A DNA stretch of 63,659 nucleotides from Bradymonadia bacterium (lineage in GTDB: Bacteria; Myxococcota_A; Bradymonadia; UBA7976; UBA1532), in assembly GCA_046290225.1 (NCBI GenBank), contig JBKAGE010000057.1, positions 1-63,659 of the forward strand, written 5' to 3'. A program made the position numbers and the translations under genes. The notes beneath the pieces are model-generated. The model ran no database searches, was not told the DNA's origin, and was given only the letters and a program-made list of their open reading frames with translations. Below are positions 16,984 to 32,480 of the stretch, piece after piece (within the stretch, counting starts at the first letter, position 1; each line of letters starts with the position of its first letter).

Positions 16984-19900
16984 GTGGCCAGACACTTCAG
17001 AAAAGGCCAGCCTCACCGGAACGAGATCAAGGCCATCGACTTCCTCGTAGAGCAGCTGCCCGACCACTACGGCGTCTACACCAACATCGAGATGCCCGTG
17101 CCCGGTGGGCGCCCGGGGCAGGCCTACGAGCACGACGTCATCGTGTTCACGCCCTATATGGTCTTCGCCGTAGAGCTCAAGCACTGGGGGGGCAAGATCA
17201 TCGCCGGTCGAGAGCGCTGGACCCTCGACGACGGCACCCTCAAGAACTCGCCGGTGGCGCTGCAGAACCAAAAAGCCCGGGTGCTCAAGACCGTGCTCGC
17301 CTCGGGGTTCCCGCGGCGCGCCGGGCCGCCGCTGTGGGTGCAGGGGGTGGTGTTCCTCACCAAGAAGGGCGCCCAGCCCGAGGTCGACCCAGGCATCGAC
17401 GGGTTGGTCTACACCCACGACGACATCATCGGCGCCATCACCGATCACACGCGCTGGGGCAGCCGCGGCGAGATGTTCACCCCAGGGCAGGCCCGCAAGC
17501 TGTTGGAGAACATCAACGGCGGCCGACCCACCAAAGAGCGACGCCGGTTCGCTGACTTCACCCTCAAAGAGCGCCTGCCGGTGCACCACAAGGTGCCCTA
17601 CGAGGCGTGGCGAGGCGAACGCCTGGGGCAGCCCCGCACCCTGCACATTTACCCCACGCAGGCTGACAACGAGAAGCGGGAGCAGAAGCTGCGGGCCCTG
17701 GCCATGCGCGAGGTCAACCTTCAAGACCGCCTGCGCAGTGGTCCTGATTTGCTCCAGTATTTTGAGCACGACCGCATCGTCGACGATCGCGAGCCCGCCT
17801 ACATCTTGTATTTTGAAGACACCAGCCGGCTGCTGCCCCTCATGGAGTGGGTGCGGCGGCACAACCCCACCGCCGACGCTCGATTCGAGGTGGCGCTGCG
17901 GGTGGCGCGGGCCTTGCGGTACATCCACCAGCGCAACGTGGTCCACCGGCGGCTGTCGCCCGACGCCATCTTGGTGAGCGACGAGTCGTTGCCCCAGACC
18001 GTGCGGCTCGGGGCCATCGAGCTGGGCCGAGATCTCACCCAAGAGGTGCGCACCATCTCTCGGGCTGATCTCGACGACCCCACCTACCGCTATATGTCGC
18101 CCGAGCTGTTGGTGAGCGGCGAGGCCACCAAGCGCAGCGACGCCTTCGCCCTCGGCGCCACCCTCTACGAGCTGATCAACGCCCGGCCCCTCTTCGACAA
18201 AGCCGACGACGTGCTCCGGCACTACACCATCCCCCCGATGCACGTGGGCGAGATCCCGATCCCCGACGGCCCTGCCCTGGCCATCATGACGCTGCTCAGC
18301 CGCGACCCCATGAGCCGGCCCGAGCTCGACGAGCTCATCGACGAGCTGTCCCTCACCGCGGTGCCCGAGATCGAGGCCACGTCGCCGGGCTCTACCGATC
18401 TCGCCCCTGGCGTGACCATCGCTGGGCGGTACGAGCTGGTCGAGCCCATCCGCGAGGGGGTCTCTGGCCCCATCTGGATCGCCATTCAGCCCTTCGACGA
18501 GACCCAGGTGGTGCTCAAGTTCGGGCCCATCGGCGACGCGCACTTGCTCGGCGAGGTCGACGCCCTGAGAGATCTGGTGCACCCCAACGTGGTGCGTTAC
18601 CGAGATTTTTGCCCCGTAGACGAGCAGCGGGTGTTGTTGGTCACCAACCTCGTCGAGGGCGTCGACGGCGCCCTGCACGTGGGGGCCGGCGATCAGATCA
18701 CCGCCGCCACCATCAACAAGATCGGCAAGGGGCTCTTCGCGGCCCTGAGCGCCCTGCACAACCAGGGCCGGCTGCACCGCGACGTGAAGCCCGAGAACGT
18801 GCTGCTCAGCGACGGCAGCCTCGAGCCGGTGCTCATCGACTTCGGCCTCAGCAGCCCCATCGGGGCCCCCGGTGAGCTCGCCTCGGGCACGCCGGCGTAT
18901 AAAGATCCGCAGCTCTACGAGGTGGGCGAGTGGCAGGTGGCCGACGACCTGTACGCCGCCTGGATCACGCTCTACGAGATCGCCACCGGGCGCTACCCCT
19001 TCACCGGCGACGCGGTCAATCGCCACTTGGCCCTCAACGCCGACGACTTCTCTGACAACATCTCGCCAGAGATCAAGGCGCGCCTGATCGAGGTGTTCCG
19101 AAAGGCGCTGGGCCCCCGTGAAGATCGCTGGCCCGAGGCCGCCGCGGCGAGCGACGCGCTGCACAAAGCCGCCGAGGCTCCGGTGGCGCCTGCGCAGACC
19201 AAGAAGCAGCAGCAGCCAGGCTTGGTGCTCAAGTCGACGGTGGTGTTGCCCGCCGGGGTGCAGCCCCAGACCCCGATCCACACCTTGCCTCTGGGCTTGC
19301 GGGCCCGCCGATGCCTCGGCCGGCTCGGGGTGGGGGTGGCGGTGCAGCTGCAGCGGGTCACCCCGGCCATGCTCAAAGACATGCGCAACGTGGGCCGCAA
19401 GACCGTCTCTGAGATCATGGCGGTGCGGGCGGCCCTCAACGCTACCCTCGGCGGCTTCACCGACGAGACCGCCGAGGTCGAGGTGAAGCCCCTCGCGCGG
19501 CCCATCGCGCCCGCGCTCACCGAGAGCGCCGAGCCCCTGAGCGCCCTGGGTCGCACCCTCTCGGCGAAGCTGCGCACCCGCATGATCGAGCTCGGGGTGA
19601 CCACCGTGGGCGAGCTGGCCAGCCTGAGCGAGGTCGATCTCACCGGCATCGAAGGCCTCGGCGACAAGAAGATCGAGGCGATCCGCACCGCCCTCAAGCG
19701 CCTCGCCAAAGACGACGCCCCCCCAGAGAGCCTCGACGAGCTGCGGGGGCTGCTGCACAAAGAGCTCAAGAAGAAGTTCGAGTACTTCGACACCGTATAC
19801 GGCCTCACTTCTGGCACGCCCATGGCCATCGCCGAGGCGGCAGAGCATCACGGGGTCAGCCGACAGCAGGTCGATCAGGCCGTCGACCTCGCCCCGCTGC

Positions 19901-21143
19901 GGGCGGCGGTCTCTGCGGGGCAGTTCCTCGCCGACGCGGTGCAGGCAGCCCTGCCGCGGTGTGGCTTCGCCCACCTCGAGGCCGTGGCCGACATGCTCGA
20001 GCAGCGTATGCCCGCGCCGGGGGTGAGCGCCCTCGGCTTCGCCCGCCTCGGGGCCATGCTGCTCACCGCCCCCGCCGAGCTGACCCATCGTCAGCACCCT
20101 CACATGCACATCGATTTGGTGTGTCGTCCCCCGTGGCGCCCCGCCTTGGTGGGCCCGCTGAAGTCGGCACTCGTCGACGCCGTAGATGATGAGCCTCTGG
20201 CCCGGGCCGACGCCCAGGCCATCGTCTGGCAGCACGCCAAAGAGGCGGGCCTGACCCCGGTGCTTCAGCGCACCGAGGCCGACGACGCCGCCCTGCTCGA
20301 CGCCTTGCTGCCCCTCGTGGCCGATCGGGTGCACCAGACCCCCCGAGACGAGGCCCTCTACGGCGCCGGGTTGGCCTTCGAAGACGCCCTCATCTTCCTC
20401 GCCGATCAAATCGTGCTGCCCACCACCGTGCCCGATCTCGTCGAGCGCGTGCAGCAGACCTTCGCCGCCCTGACGCCGCCCACAGAAGAGGCCGTGGCCG
20501 AGGCGGCGCAGATGCTCGACTGGCAGGTCTTCGACGACGGCGTGGTGCACAATGACCCTGACTACCGCCCTGTGCAGCCGGCGGCCGAGGTGCAGACCGA
20601 CATCGCCCTGCCCGAGGCCCACATCTCCGAAGACGGCAGCCTCGACCTGAGCATCTTGGTGCAGGCCCGGGCCACCGGGGGCTTCAAGGTGGTGGCCCTG
20701 CCCGCAGGCAGCCATCACCGCCAGTGCGCCGCCGTGGCTCGCGCCCTCGACGCCACCCTCGTCGATCTCGACCGGGTGATCATCGAGGCGCTGCAAAACA
20801 GCGGCATGTGGGACGAAGCGTTGTTCTTCGAAGACCAGGAAGAGCCCGACTTCAGCTGGTTCGAAGAAGACCTCATCGCCGCCCTCGACGGCGCGCTCTC
20901 AGAGGCCCAGCCGGGCCGCGTCACCGTGCTCGGTCGCCCCTGCCTGCTGGGCCCCATGGGCCTCACCCGATGGGTATCGGGCCTGTACGAGCGGTCTCGC
21001 GGGGGTCGCCTGGGCCTGATCGTCTTCGCCCCCCCCGCCGACATCATCGACGGCCGGGTGAAGCTCAACGCCGTCTACCCGTTGCCTTACACCCCCGACA
21101 TGGCCGCCCCCGTGATCCGTGATCTCCAGGAGCAGACCGCCCC

Positions 21144-21147
<4 letters not shown>
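16984..21147 (+). CDS. pglW: PglW-like protein: NERD nuclease, pseudokinase, Ser/Thr kinase, RNAP alpha-CTD/HhH-like repeats, HTH and a C-terminal alpha/beta domain
   Basis: NERD motif EHDVIV...VELKHWGG. First kinase is degenerate (HRRLSP); second is intact (HRDVKPEN, DFG). MRNVGRKT and IEGLGDKK repeats; GVSRQQVDQ HTH. AGGAG RBS before GTG 16984. Confidence 0.9.
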
Positions 21148-24899
<3,752 letters not shown>

Positions 24900-24910
24900 G
24901 AACGACGACC

Positions 24911-27900
24911 ATGCTGATCAAAGACGCCTTCGATATCCCCGAGATCACCGATCTCGACACCTTCATCACCCGCCTCGACACCCGAGACCCAGAACGCATC
25001 AAGCACGATCTCGCCTCGTTCGTCATGGTCGAGGATGTCTTCAAACAAGTCGACAAGATGCTTCACGCCGTGGGGGAGCGCTTCGAGCAGGGCCTCGACA
25101 TGGGGCGGTTCATCTACGGCAGCTTCGGCTCGGGCAAGAGCCACCTCATGTCTGTTCTGGGCAAGATGTTCGAGAGCGACGAGCTGGTCTACGAGGTGGG
25201 TGATCCGCTGCTGCGCGAACTGAGAGGCCGCCACGGCTGGATCGACCGCAAGAATCTGCTGGTGGTGCGCCTGAACATGATGGGCAAGCCCAGCCTGGTG
25301 CGTGGGCTCTACGAGGCGTACCACAACGCCCTGCCCACAGGCGTCGAGCCGGCGGTGATGACCGATCACGATCGGGTCTTCGAGCTCATCGAGAAAGACG
25401 CCGAGCGCCTGGGCGGCCTCGACGCCCTGATCGAGCAGCTCGTCAAAGACAAGGTGGTGCCCAGCAAGGGCTTCTTCGACAAGATGCGCCAGGGCAACCT
25501 CAGCCAGCAGCTCAGCCTCGCCGCCAAGCTGCTCTCGTGGCGCGAGCACGGCAACCGCCGGTTCACCCCCGAAGACATGTGGGTGCAAGAGGCCGAAGGC
25601 TTCGCCCGCATCTCGGCCCACGCCAAAGCGAACGGCTACGACGGCGTGGTGTGGCTCGTGGACGAGCTCATCATCTGGATCAGGGGCAAGGCGCGCCAAG
25701 AATATGTGCGAGAGATCAACAGCCTCTCGGCGCTGGTGGATCACGACAGCCAGCACGCCCGGGCGGTGCCCTTCTTCGTCGCCCTGGCGGTGCAGCAAGA
25801 CATCTCGGCCACTTGCCCCGAAGACCTCTCTGAGCGCGAGTTCCACGATCAGCTCGGCTTCGTGAGCAACCGTTTTCAGCCCCGCATCGACATGGCAGAT
25901 CAAAACCTCTACGAGGTGGCCGCCCGCCGCGTGCTCAAGCCCCGCGAGGGCCAGAAAGAAGCCCTCAAGTCACTGCTCGATCGGGCGTTCCAGAAGCACG
26001 GGAAGACGATCCAGACCCTCGCCGGCGATTTGCCCATGGATCTCGTGCGGCGGGTGTACCCGTTCCACCCCGCGCTGATCAGAGTGCTCGTCGACGTGAC
26101 CCAGTCGCTCTCTCGCAGCCGCACCTCGATGGCGGCGCTCTACAAGCTGCTAGAGATGCACGCCGGCAAGAAAGTGGGCGAGTTCGTGCCCGTGGGCGAT
26201 CTGTTTCCCATCATCTTCGACGCCCAGAACGTCGAGGGGGTGCGGGATCGCCGCTCGAAGGCCACCGAGCTCTTCGTCGAGGCCTACGACAGCTATGTGC
26301 GGTTGCAGGGCAAGATCGAAGACGTCTCGGGTAAGCGGGCCCACGAGCTGCATCAGCTGGTGCGCACGGTGCTGATGTGCCAGCTCTCGTACCGCCACGC
26401 GTACTTCCCCGACGGCCGCCCCCTCGCCGAGGCCATCACCGCCACCAACCTGATGCGCCTCAACCAGAGCGAGATCAAGGCCATCACCGAGCGCACGGGC
26501 ATCAGCAACGTCATCAAGATGTTCCGCAGCCTCGCCTCGGCTGACCCCCAGGTGCAGGTGCTCGGGGAAGACACCAACCCTTACATCAAGATCAAGACCC
26601 AAGAGGTCGACATCGACGCGGTGCTCGGCGCCGCCCGGGCCGACGTGAAGCACCCCGACCGCTTCGCGGTGATCCGCACGATGGTCGACGACGAGTTCGC
26701 CCTGCGCCTCGGCGGGCAGCTCGAGGTGCGCCGCAAGATCACGTGGCAGGGCACTGATCGACTGATCCGGGTGCGGCTGGCCAACGTGCGCCGCCTGAGC
26801 TACGCGGGGTCTACCAACGACTTCGCCCCCGCCAGCGACGAAGAGGCGCTGATCCTGGTGGATTATCCCTTCGATGAAGAGCCGGGCCACGGCCGCGGCG
26901 ATGACGTGACCACGCTGCAAAACGCCCGCAAGCGCGCCCGTCAGTGGACGGTGGCCTGGCTGCCAGAGCACCTCAACGAGTCTGAGCGCAAGGCCCTCGA
27001 GAACGTCGCTGCCATCCGCCGCATCCGCCAGGACCGCGAGCGCTACCTGGCGGAATACAGCGCCAAGATGAAGGCCAGCCTGCTGCGCACCCTCGAGTCG
27101 TACCTCTCGGTGCAAGAGGCCCAGATGCGCGACGCCCTCAAGCGGGTGTACCTCGACGAGGGGCAGGTGCACGCCCTGAGCGACCGCCTCGACGGGGTGA
27201 GCCACCAGCAAAAAGACGTGGGTAAGATCATCTCCAGCTTCACCGCCGAGATCCTCGAGGCGCGCTACCCGCACCACCCCCGCTTCCGCCGCAAAGCCGA
27301 GGGGAAGGCGATCCGCGATCTCGCCACCTTGATCATCAAGGCCTCGGTCTCTGGGGCCTCGGTCTCGGCGAGCACCCGAGAGCTCGCCGCCCTGGAAGAC
27401 TTCGCGGTGCCCCTCGAGCTGGTGCAGATGGGGCAGGCGGCCTTCACCGCTCGGCAAGACGGCCGCTACCTCTCAGCCATCAAACGCTGGATCGGCGAGC
27501 GGCAAGTGTTCTCGGTGGCCGAGCTGCATCGCTTCCTCTCTGAAGAGGGCGATCGAGAGAGCTACGGCCTCACCGACGACGTGGTGCGCTTGTTCATCTG
27601 GTACCTCGTCAACGCCGAGGGCTACGCGTTCCAGCGCGAGGGCGGGGAGCAGAGCGTCACCCTCGACAAGATGGCCGACATCAAGCTGTCAGGGGTGCAG
27701 CTCGCCAAGGCCGAGGTGGTGCCCCACGTGGCGTGGCAGAGATCCACCGAGGTCGCCGAGGCCCTGCTCGGCGTGCGCGACTTCGCCGACGTGGCCACGG
27801 TGCCCGAGCAGTCTCGCGTGTCTCGCCGGGTGAAGAAGCAGGCGGAAGACAAGCTGCGACCTGTACAGCAGCTGCAACTTCGCCTCAAGAAAGCCTGCGA

Positions 27901-28468
27901 TCTGCTCGACGCCGACGTCGCCGAGTCGGCCCGCGGCCAGACCTACGCCGCCCTCGCCAGCACTCTCGAGGGCTTCGTCGCCGAGCAGCGCGATGTTGAT
28001 CGCATCCGCACCCTCGAGGCCATGAGCGGCACCGATCAGCTCAGCCAGTGGCGGGCCCTGATGCACCCCGAGAAGGGGGCCGACGGCATCAAAGAAGAGT
28101 GGGCAGCCCTCGGGGAGATCGACAACCTCGCCTTCCAGCTCAAGATCATCAAGCAGCGCGCCACCGAGGCTCAAAAGGCCGAGGTGCTGCCCCCCATGCG
28201 CAATCTACTGCTCGATCCGATCACTCGCCGGCTCAAGGAGCACGTCTCCGCCCAGGCCAAGGCGATCCGCACGCTGGCCGACACGCTGATCGGCGGCAAC
28301 CCCGGCCCTGGGCCTGATCCGCTCAAATCGATCAAGCGCAGCGGCCAGGCACAGACCGCGCAGGCCATCATCGCCGAGCTTCAGCAGATGATCCGCAGGT
28401 CTGAAGGCGAGCGCTTCGACTTCACCATCACCTTGCAGCCGGTGTCCGACGAAGGTGACGCCCAGTGA
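24911..28468 (+). CDS. pglY: PglY/BrxC-family P-loop ATPase
   Basis: FIYGSFGSGKSHLM Walker A, WLVDEL Walker B and YPFHPALI motif; lies between pglX and pglZ. Confidence 0.9.
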   Translation: MLIKDAFDIPEITDLDTFITRLDTRDPERIKHDLASFVMVEDVFKQVDKMLHAVGERFEQGLDMGRFIYGSFGSGKSHLMSVLGKMFESDELVYEVGDPLLRELRGRHGWIDRKNLLVVRLNMMGKPSLVRGLYEAYHNALPTGVEPAVMTDHDRVFELIEKDAERLGGLDALIEQLVKDKVVPSKGFFDKMRQGNLSQQLSLAAKLLSWREHGNRRFTPEDMWVQEAEGFARISAHAKANGYDGVVWLVDELIIWIRGKARQEYVREINSLSALVDHDSQHARAVPFFVALAVQQDISATCPEDLSEREFHDQLGFVSNRFQPRIDMADQNLYEVAARRVLKPREGQKEALKSLLDRAFQKHGKTIQTLAGDLPMDLVRRVYPFHPALIRVLVDVTQSLSRSRTSMAALYKLLEMHAGKKVGEFVPVGDLFPIIFDAQNVEGVRDRRSKATELFVEAYDSYVRLQGKIEDVSGKRAHELHQLVRTVLMCQLSYRHAYFPDGRPLAEAITATNLMRLNQSEIKAITERTGISNVIKMFRSLASADPQVQVLGEDTNPYIKIKTQEVDIDAVLGAARADVKHPDRFAVIRTMVDDEFALRLGGQLEVRRKITWQGTDRLIRVRLANVRRLSYAGSTNDFAPASDEEALILVDYPFDEEPGHGRGDDVTTLQNARKRARQWTVAWLPEHLNESERKALENVAAIRRIRQDRERYLAEYSAKMKASLLRTLESYLSVQEAQMRDALKRVYLDEGQVHALSDRLDGVSHQQKDVGKIISSFTAEILEARYPHHPRFRRKAEGKAIRDLATLIIKASVSGASVSASTRELAALEDFAVPLELVQMGQAAFTARQDGRYLSAIKRWIGERQVFSVAELHRFLSEEGDRESYGLTDDVVRLFIWYLVNAEGYAFQREGGEQSVTLDKMADIKLSGVQLAKAEVVPHVAWQRSTEVAEALLGVRDFADVATVPEQSRVSRRVKKQAEDKLRPVQQLQLRLKKACDLLDADVAESARGQTYAALASTLEGFVAEQRDVDRIRTLEAMSGTDQLSQWRALMHPEKGADGIKEEWAALGEIDNLAFQLKIIKQRATEAQKAEVLPPMRNLLLDPITRRLKEHVSAQAKAIRTLADTLIGGNPGPGPDPLKSIKRSGQAQTAQAIIAELQQMIRRSEGERFDFTITLQPVSDEGDAQ

Positions 28469-30918
28469 GCCACGCGCTGCAGATCTTGGAAGCGGTGATC
28501 CGTCGTCACCGCCAGACACATGGCGACGCCCCGATGGCCGAGGCCGACGCGATCACCCTGCGTCAGAGCGCGCTGATCCCCGCTGATCTCACGGGCGCGC
28601 TCTCTTTCGATGAGCGTGTCTGGCAGGTGCGCCCTGTGAAAGGGGCGCTGTCGCTGCGGGCGGCGCTGCTCGACGGCACCCCGACGATCATGGTGCTCTC
28701 AGGTGACTTCAAGGTGCCCCGAGACATCGAGCAGCGTCGCTGGCTGCGCAGATCTCTTCAGGTGAACGCCCAAGACGTGGTGTCGGCGGCCACAGGCCAC
28801 TATTGCCGCCCCTTGACTGATTCTGCCGTGGCGCAGGCGGTGCTCGATGATCCCGAGGGCTTCTTCGACCGGGCGAGCAAGCGTCGATGGCACGGGCCGG
28901 CGATCTCCGAGGCCGACGTGGTGTCGGTGCTCCGCAGCGGCAGCGTACAGGTGGGCCGCCGCAGCGCCCCAGAGCTGCTGGCGCGCTGGCTGCTCGAGGG
29001 CCCGCCAGAGGCTGATCCGTTCTTGCGCACGGCCCTCAAAGAGGCCCACTTCGAGATCCACGACTGGCTGATGTTGGCCACCACCGCCGATGGGCAGCAA
29101 CAGCTCGTCACCGCTGGGGCGTTGGGGGCCATCAAGGCCGGGCGGGCCTGTGTGCGCTTCGACCTGCCCACTGACGCCGACAAGCTCTGGTCGCGTCTGG
29201 TCACCCTGCTGCAGCAAGCCCTCGCCGTGGTGCGGTCGAAAGATCCAGACCGCGCCCGTGCGCTGCTTGAACCGGCGAACGCCCTCGCCCAGCGCCTCGA
29301 GCTCGACTTCGACGACGCCCGGCGCCTGACTTTGCTCCCTGCAGGCTTCGAACAGGCGGTGACCGGGCTGGTACATCGCATGGCGACGCGCTCGACGCCG
29401 GGGCCAGAAGCCTTCGAGCAGCTCGGCGTTCACCTCTTCGCCGACGAGGCCCTGGTAGAGGGCCTCGAAGCGCTGGCGCGCTTGGCCCGCTTTGCCACCC
29501 GATATGCCATCCCCGACGAGGGGGTCGACGCGTGGGCAACCGAGCATCGCGCCTCTGTTGCCTGGGCTGATCTGTGCGCCCGGCAGGTGAGGCGCATCAT
29601 AGGCCGCCTGCCCGAGGCCGCCCGTGCGCCCGCCCAGAGCATTGTGCAGAGCTACCTCACCGCCCGAGATCGTCAAAACGCAGCCTTCGCCTCAGCGCTG
29701 GCGAGAGATGAGATCAGCGCCCACCGCCGCCGCCCTACAGAAGACGGTATGTCGCTGCATTTGCTGAGCGCCCAGGTGCTCGTGCCGATCCTCGAGCAGC
29801 GACCTGTGTTCTTGGTGGTGCTCGACGGCTGCGACATGAGCACTTTCTATGAGCTGCTCGACGATCTCCGCGGCGCAGTGGGCCTCGGCCTGGGCACGCT
29901 CGACGGGCTCAGCGCCCACGCCGCAGAGCTGCCACCACTCATGTCGGTGATCTCACCCGTGCCCACACTCACTGAGGTCGGGCGGCGGGCCATCTTCGCT
30001 GGGCAAGTTCCGCAGAACGACGTGCTCACCGACCTCGAGAACGCCGCGGCGAACGCCAAGAGCGATCGGGCGGCTTTCAAGCGCAACGCAGCCCTCGGCG
30101 AGATCGACCGTAGCCTTTGGCTCAAAGGCGATCTCCACGATGACTGCGAAGCGCTCGTCACGGCGCTCAAGGGCGACACGCCGCTGGTCGCCGCGGTGTT
30201 CAATGGGGTGGATGATCACCTCAGCAGCCGAGAGGTCATCCCCCACGGGCTCTGGACGGTGGACGGGGTGCACCCCGGTCTTCGACATGCGATCCGAGCT
30301 GCGGTACAGGCCCGCCGCGCGGTGATCCTCACCAGTGATCACGGCCACACGCCCTACTGGTCTGCCGATCGCAAGACGCTGGCGCCGGCCAGAAGCAGCC
30401 AGCGGTTCGCTCAAGGAGAGCCCCCTCAAGGAGCCACGACCTTCAAGGGCACCCCCTGGCGCGCCGGTGAGCTGCACGCGCTCTCACAGGTTGGAGCCTT
30501 CGTGAGCGTTCAGAGAGCGGGCTATCACGGTGGCGCCTCACTGGAAGAGGTGGTGGTGCCGGTGGCGCAGATCGTCCAAGACGGCCGCTCGGCGAGCCGC
30601 CCGCCGTGGTGGACCCACACCATCGAAGAGATCTCCACCGCTGATGAGCAGATCCCCGAGATGCTCGATGCCTTCGATGATGATCTCGACATGTGGTGGC
30701 ACGCGGCGCCTTTGGCGGTGCAAGAGCTGATTCGTTTCCTCGATACACATGGTCAGATCACCGAGGCGGATGCTGCCCGCATCACCCAAAAGCGACGCAG
30801 CTTCCGCAAGCTGGCGACGACGCTCGACAAATTGCAAAAAGAGGGCGTACTGCCTTGGCAATGGCAGCGAAATACTCAAGGGGGCATGGCCCGGATCGTC
30901 AAGAAGGGGGCGCTGTGA
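28465..30918 (+). CDS. pglZ: PglZ alkaline-phosphatase-superfamily protein
   Basis: LVVLDG, PTLTEVGRRAIFAG, VDD, LTSDHGH and GYHGGASLEEVVVP motifs. GTGA overlap with pglY. Confidence 0.92.
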   Translation: MSHALQILEAVIRRHRQTHGDAPMAEADAITLRQSALIPADLTGALSFDERVWQVRPVKGALSLRAALLDGTPTIMVLSGDFKVPRDIEQRRWLRRSLQVNAQDVVSAATGHYCRPLTDSAVAQAVLDDPEGFFDRASKRRWHGPAISEADVVSVLRSGSVQVGRRSAPELLARWLLEGPPEADPFLRTALKEAHFEIHDWLMLATTADGQQQLVTAGALGAIKAGRACVRFDLPTDADKLWSRLVTLLQQALAVVRSKDPDRARALLEPANALAQRLELDFDDARRLTLLPAGFEQAVTGLVHRMATRSTPGPEAFEQLGVHLFADEALVEGLEALARLARFATRYAIPDEGVDAWATEHRASVAWADLCARQVRRIIGRLPEAARAPAQSIVQSYLTARDRQNAAFASALARDEISAHRRRPTEDGMSLHLLSAQVLVPILEQRPVFLVVLDGCDMSTFYELLDDLRGAVGLGLGTLDGLSAHAAELPPLMSVISPVPTLTEVGRRAIFAGQVPQNDVLTDLENAAANAKSDRAAFKRNAALGEIDRSLWLKGDLHDDCEALVTALKGDTPLVAAVFNGVDDHLSSREVIPHGLWTVDGVHPGLRHAIRAAVQARRAVILTSDHGHTPYWSADRKTLAPARSSQRFAQGEPPQGATTFKGTPWRAGELHALSQVGAFVSVQRAGYHGGASLEEVVVPVAQIVQDGRSASRPPWWTHTIEEISTADEQIPEMLDAFDDDLDMWWHAAPLAVQELIRFLDTHGQITEADAARITQKRRSFRKLATTLDKLQKEGVLPWQWQRNTQGGMARIVKKGAL

Positions 30919-32249
30919 GTCTGAGCGAACGAGAGATCACGCACATCTTCGAGAAGCTGCGCAGCGGCCTCGTACCTGAGCGGGGCCTCGACGCCTTCGC
31001 CGAGGGCATCGAGAAGCCTCGGGGTGAGCTACACCGTCAACTCGACATGGCCGCCGACGGTGAGGGGTGTATCAAGTTCATCCGCGGTGGGTATGGCTGC
31101 GGCAAGACCTTCATGGCGCGCTTGGCCACGCTCGATGCTCAGAGCCAAGGCTTTGCCACCAGCTTCGTCGTGGTGAGCGACAACGACCTGCGCTTCCATC
31201 GCTTCGACGAGGTGTATGGGCGAGTCGTGGCTGAGCTGGCCACCGACGAGTGCCAGCGAGGCGCCCTCGATGCCATGCTCGATCGATGGATTGGTGCAAT
31301 CGAAGATCGTCTCGTCGCTGCGGGCGCCGACGATGAGTCGGATGACTTTGATGAGCATGTGAGGGCTGAACTCAAGCGCGACCTGCTCTCGCTCACCGGC
31401 GGACAGATCCCTCGAGATTTTGTCAGGGTGGTACAAACCTACTTCGACATGAAGCAGAAGGGTGATTACGCCACCGCAGGTGCCCTGCTCTCCTGGCTCG
31501 GCGGCAGCACCAACGTTGCCGCCAGCGCCAAGAAGCACGCTGACATCAAAGGCGACATCACCAGCAGCGACGCCATGGAGTACTTGCGGGGTGTCGTGGA
31601 GATCACTCGGGCCGCGGGCTACAAGGGCCTGCTCGTCGTCATCGACGAGGCCGAGACCATCATCCGCATGCGCAGCGACACGCGGCACAAGTCGCTCAAC
31701 GGCATTCGGCAGATCGCCGACGGCGTGGGCAGCTACGAGGGCCTCGTGTGGCTGTTCACCGGCACCCCCGAGTTCTTCGACAGCCGCAAGGGCGTCAAGG
31801 GCCTGCAGCCCCTACACGACCGCATCGGCTTCATGGAGCGCAACGGCTTCGCCAGCCTGCGTCAGCCCCAGCTCGCGCTGCAGCCCTTCAAGGCCGAGCG
31901 GCTACAGGCTGTGGCCATCAAGCTGCGCGATCTCTACCCCAGCGCCCACCGAGATCGCGTCGAGGTCCACATCACCGACAGCTTCATCAGCAAGATGGTG
32001 AGCGAGATCACCACGGGCCTCAGAGGCGACGTGGGCATCATCCCGCGCATATTCTTGAGAGAGTTCGTTGAGCAGCTCGATCTCGTCGACGAGCACGACG
32101 ACTACAGCCCCGCCGAGCACTACGGCTTCGAACTCGACGAGAGCAGACTCACCCCCGAAGAGCTCGCCCGCCACGACGAGCACAACGACGCGCAGGCGGC
32201 GCTCGACGAGGACGAGCCCTCAGTGATCCCTGTAGAAGACGTATGGTAA
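30915..32249 (+). CDS. brxD: BREX ATP-binding protein BrxD
   Basis: LRSGLVPERGLDAFA, IRGGYGCGKT Walker A, VVIDEAET and RHKSLNGIRQ motifs. GTGA overlap with pglZ. Confidence 0.9.
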   Translation: MSLSEREITHIFEKLRSGLVPERGLDAFAEGIEKPRGELHRQLDMAADGEGCIKFIRGGYGCGKTFMARLATLDAQSQGFATSFVVVSDNDLRFHRFDEVYGRVVAELATDECQRGALDAMLDRWIGAIEDRLVAAGADDESDDFDEHVRAELKRDLLSLTGGQIPRDFVRVVQTYFDMKQKGDYATAGALLSWLGGSTNVAASAKKHADIKGDITSSDAMEYLRGVVEITRAAGYKGLLVVIDEAETIIRMRSDTRHKSLNGIRQIADGVGSYEGLVWLFTGTPEFFDSRKGVKGLQPLHDRIGFMERNGFASLRQPQLALQPFKAERLQAVAIKLRDLYPSAHRDRVEVHITDSFISKMVSEITTGLRGDVGIIPRIFLREFVEQLDLVDEHDDYSPAEHYGFELDESRLTPEELARHDEHNDAQAALDEDEPSVIPVEDVW

Positions 32250-32480
32250 TCAGCCCTCGAAGATCTCGTCGAGCGTCGTCGCCGTGAGCACCCGCTCGCC
32301 GTAGCACTCCAGGGTCTCGTCATTTGCATCAGCGAGGCGGCTTTGGATCAGATCCACCGACGCGTTCGGGAACTTCAAACGCAGTTGAGCCAGTAGCATG
32401 CGCTGTAGGCCTTCTTGCAGGCCTTGTTGGTGGCCCTTGCGCTCTTCTTCGGCCAGCTTGCGAGTAAACCAGGTCTCCAT
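32250..32480 (-). CDS. Candidate in-frame internal 76-aa product (RpnS-like antitoxin)
   Basis: Internal ATG at 32480 is preceded by GGGAGGGCTC, at the nuclease/C-terminal domain boundary. Confidence 0.5.
   Translation of the reverse strand: METWFTRKLAEEERKGHQQGLQEGLQRMLLAQLRLKFPNASVDLIQSRLADANDETLECYGERVLTATTLDEIFEG

Noticed and set aside
17700..18350. Degenerate first kinase domain of PglW (HRR instead of HRD) as a sign of pseudogenisation
   Set aside because: The ORF is intact and the second kinase keeps HRD and DFG. A degenerate first kinase domain is consistent with PglW architecture.
16969..20796. 1275-aa antisense ORF over pglW, and similar long shadow ORFs (e.g. 5256-6869, 10518-12143, 33358-35037, 54268-56340)
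   Set aside because: These are expected antisense shadows of high-GC3 genes. They show no motifs, and the opposite strand carries clear families.
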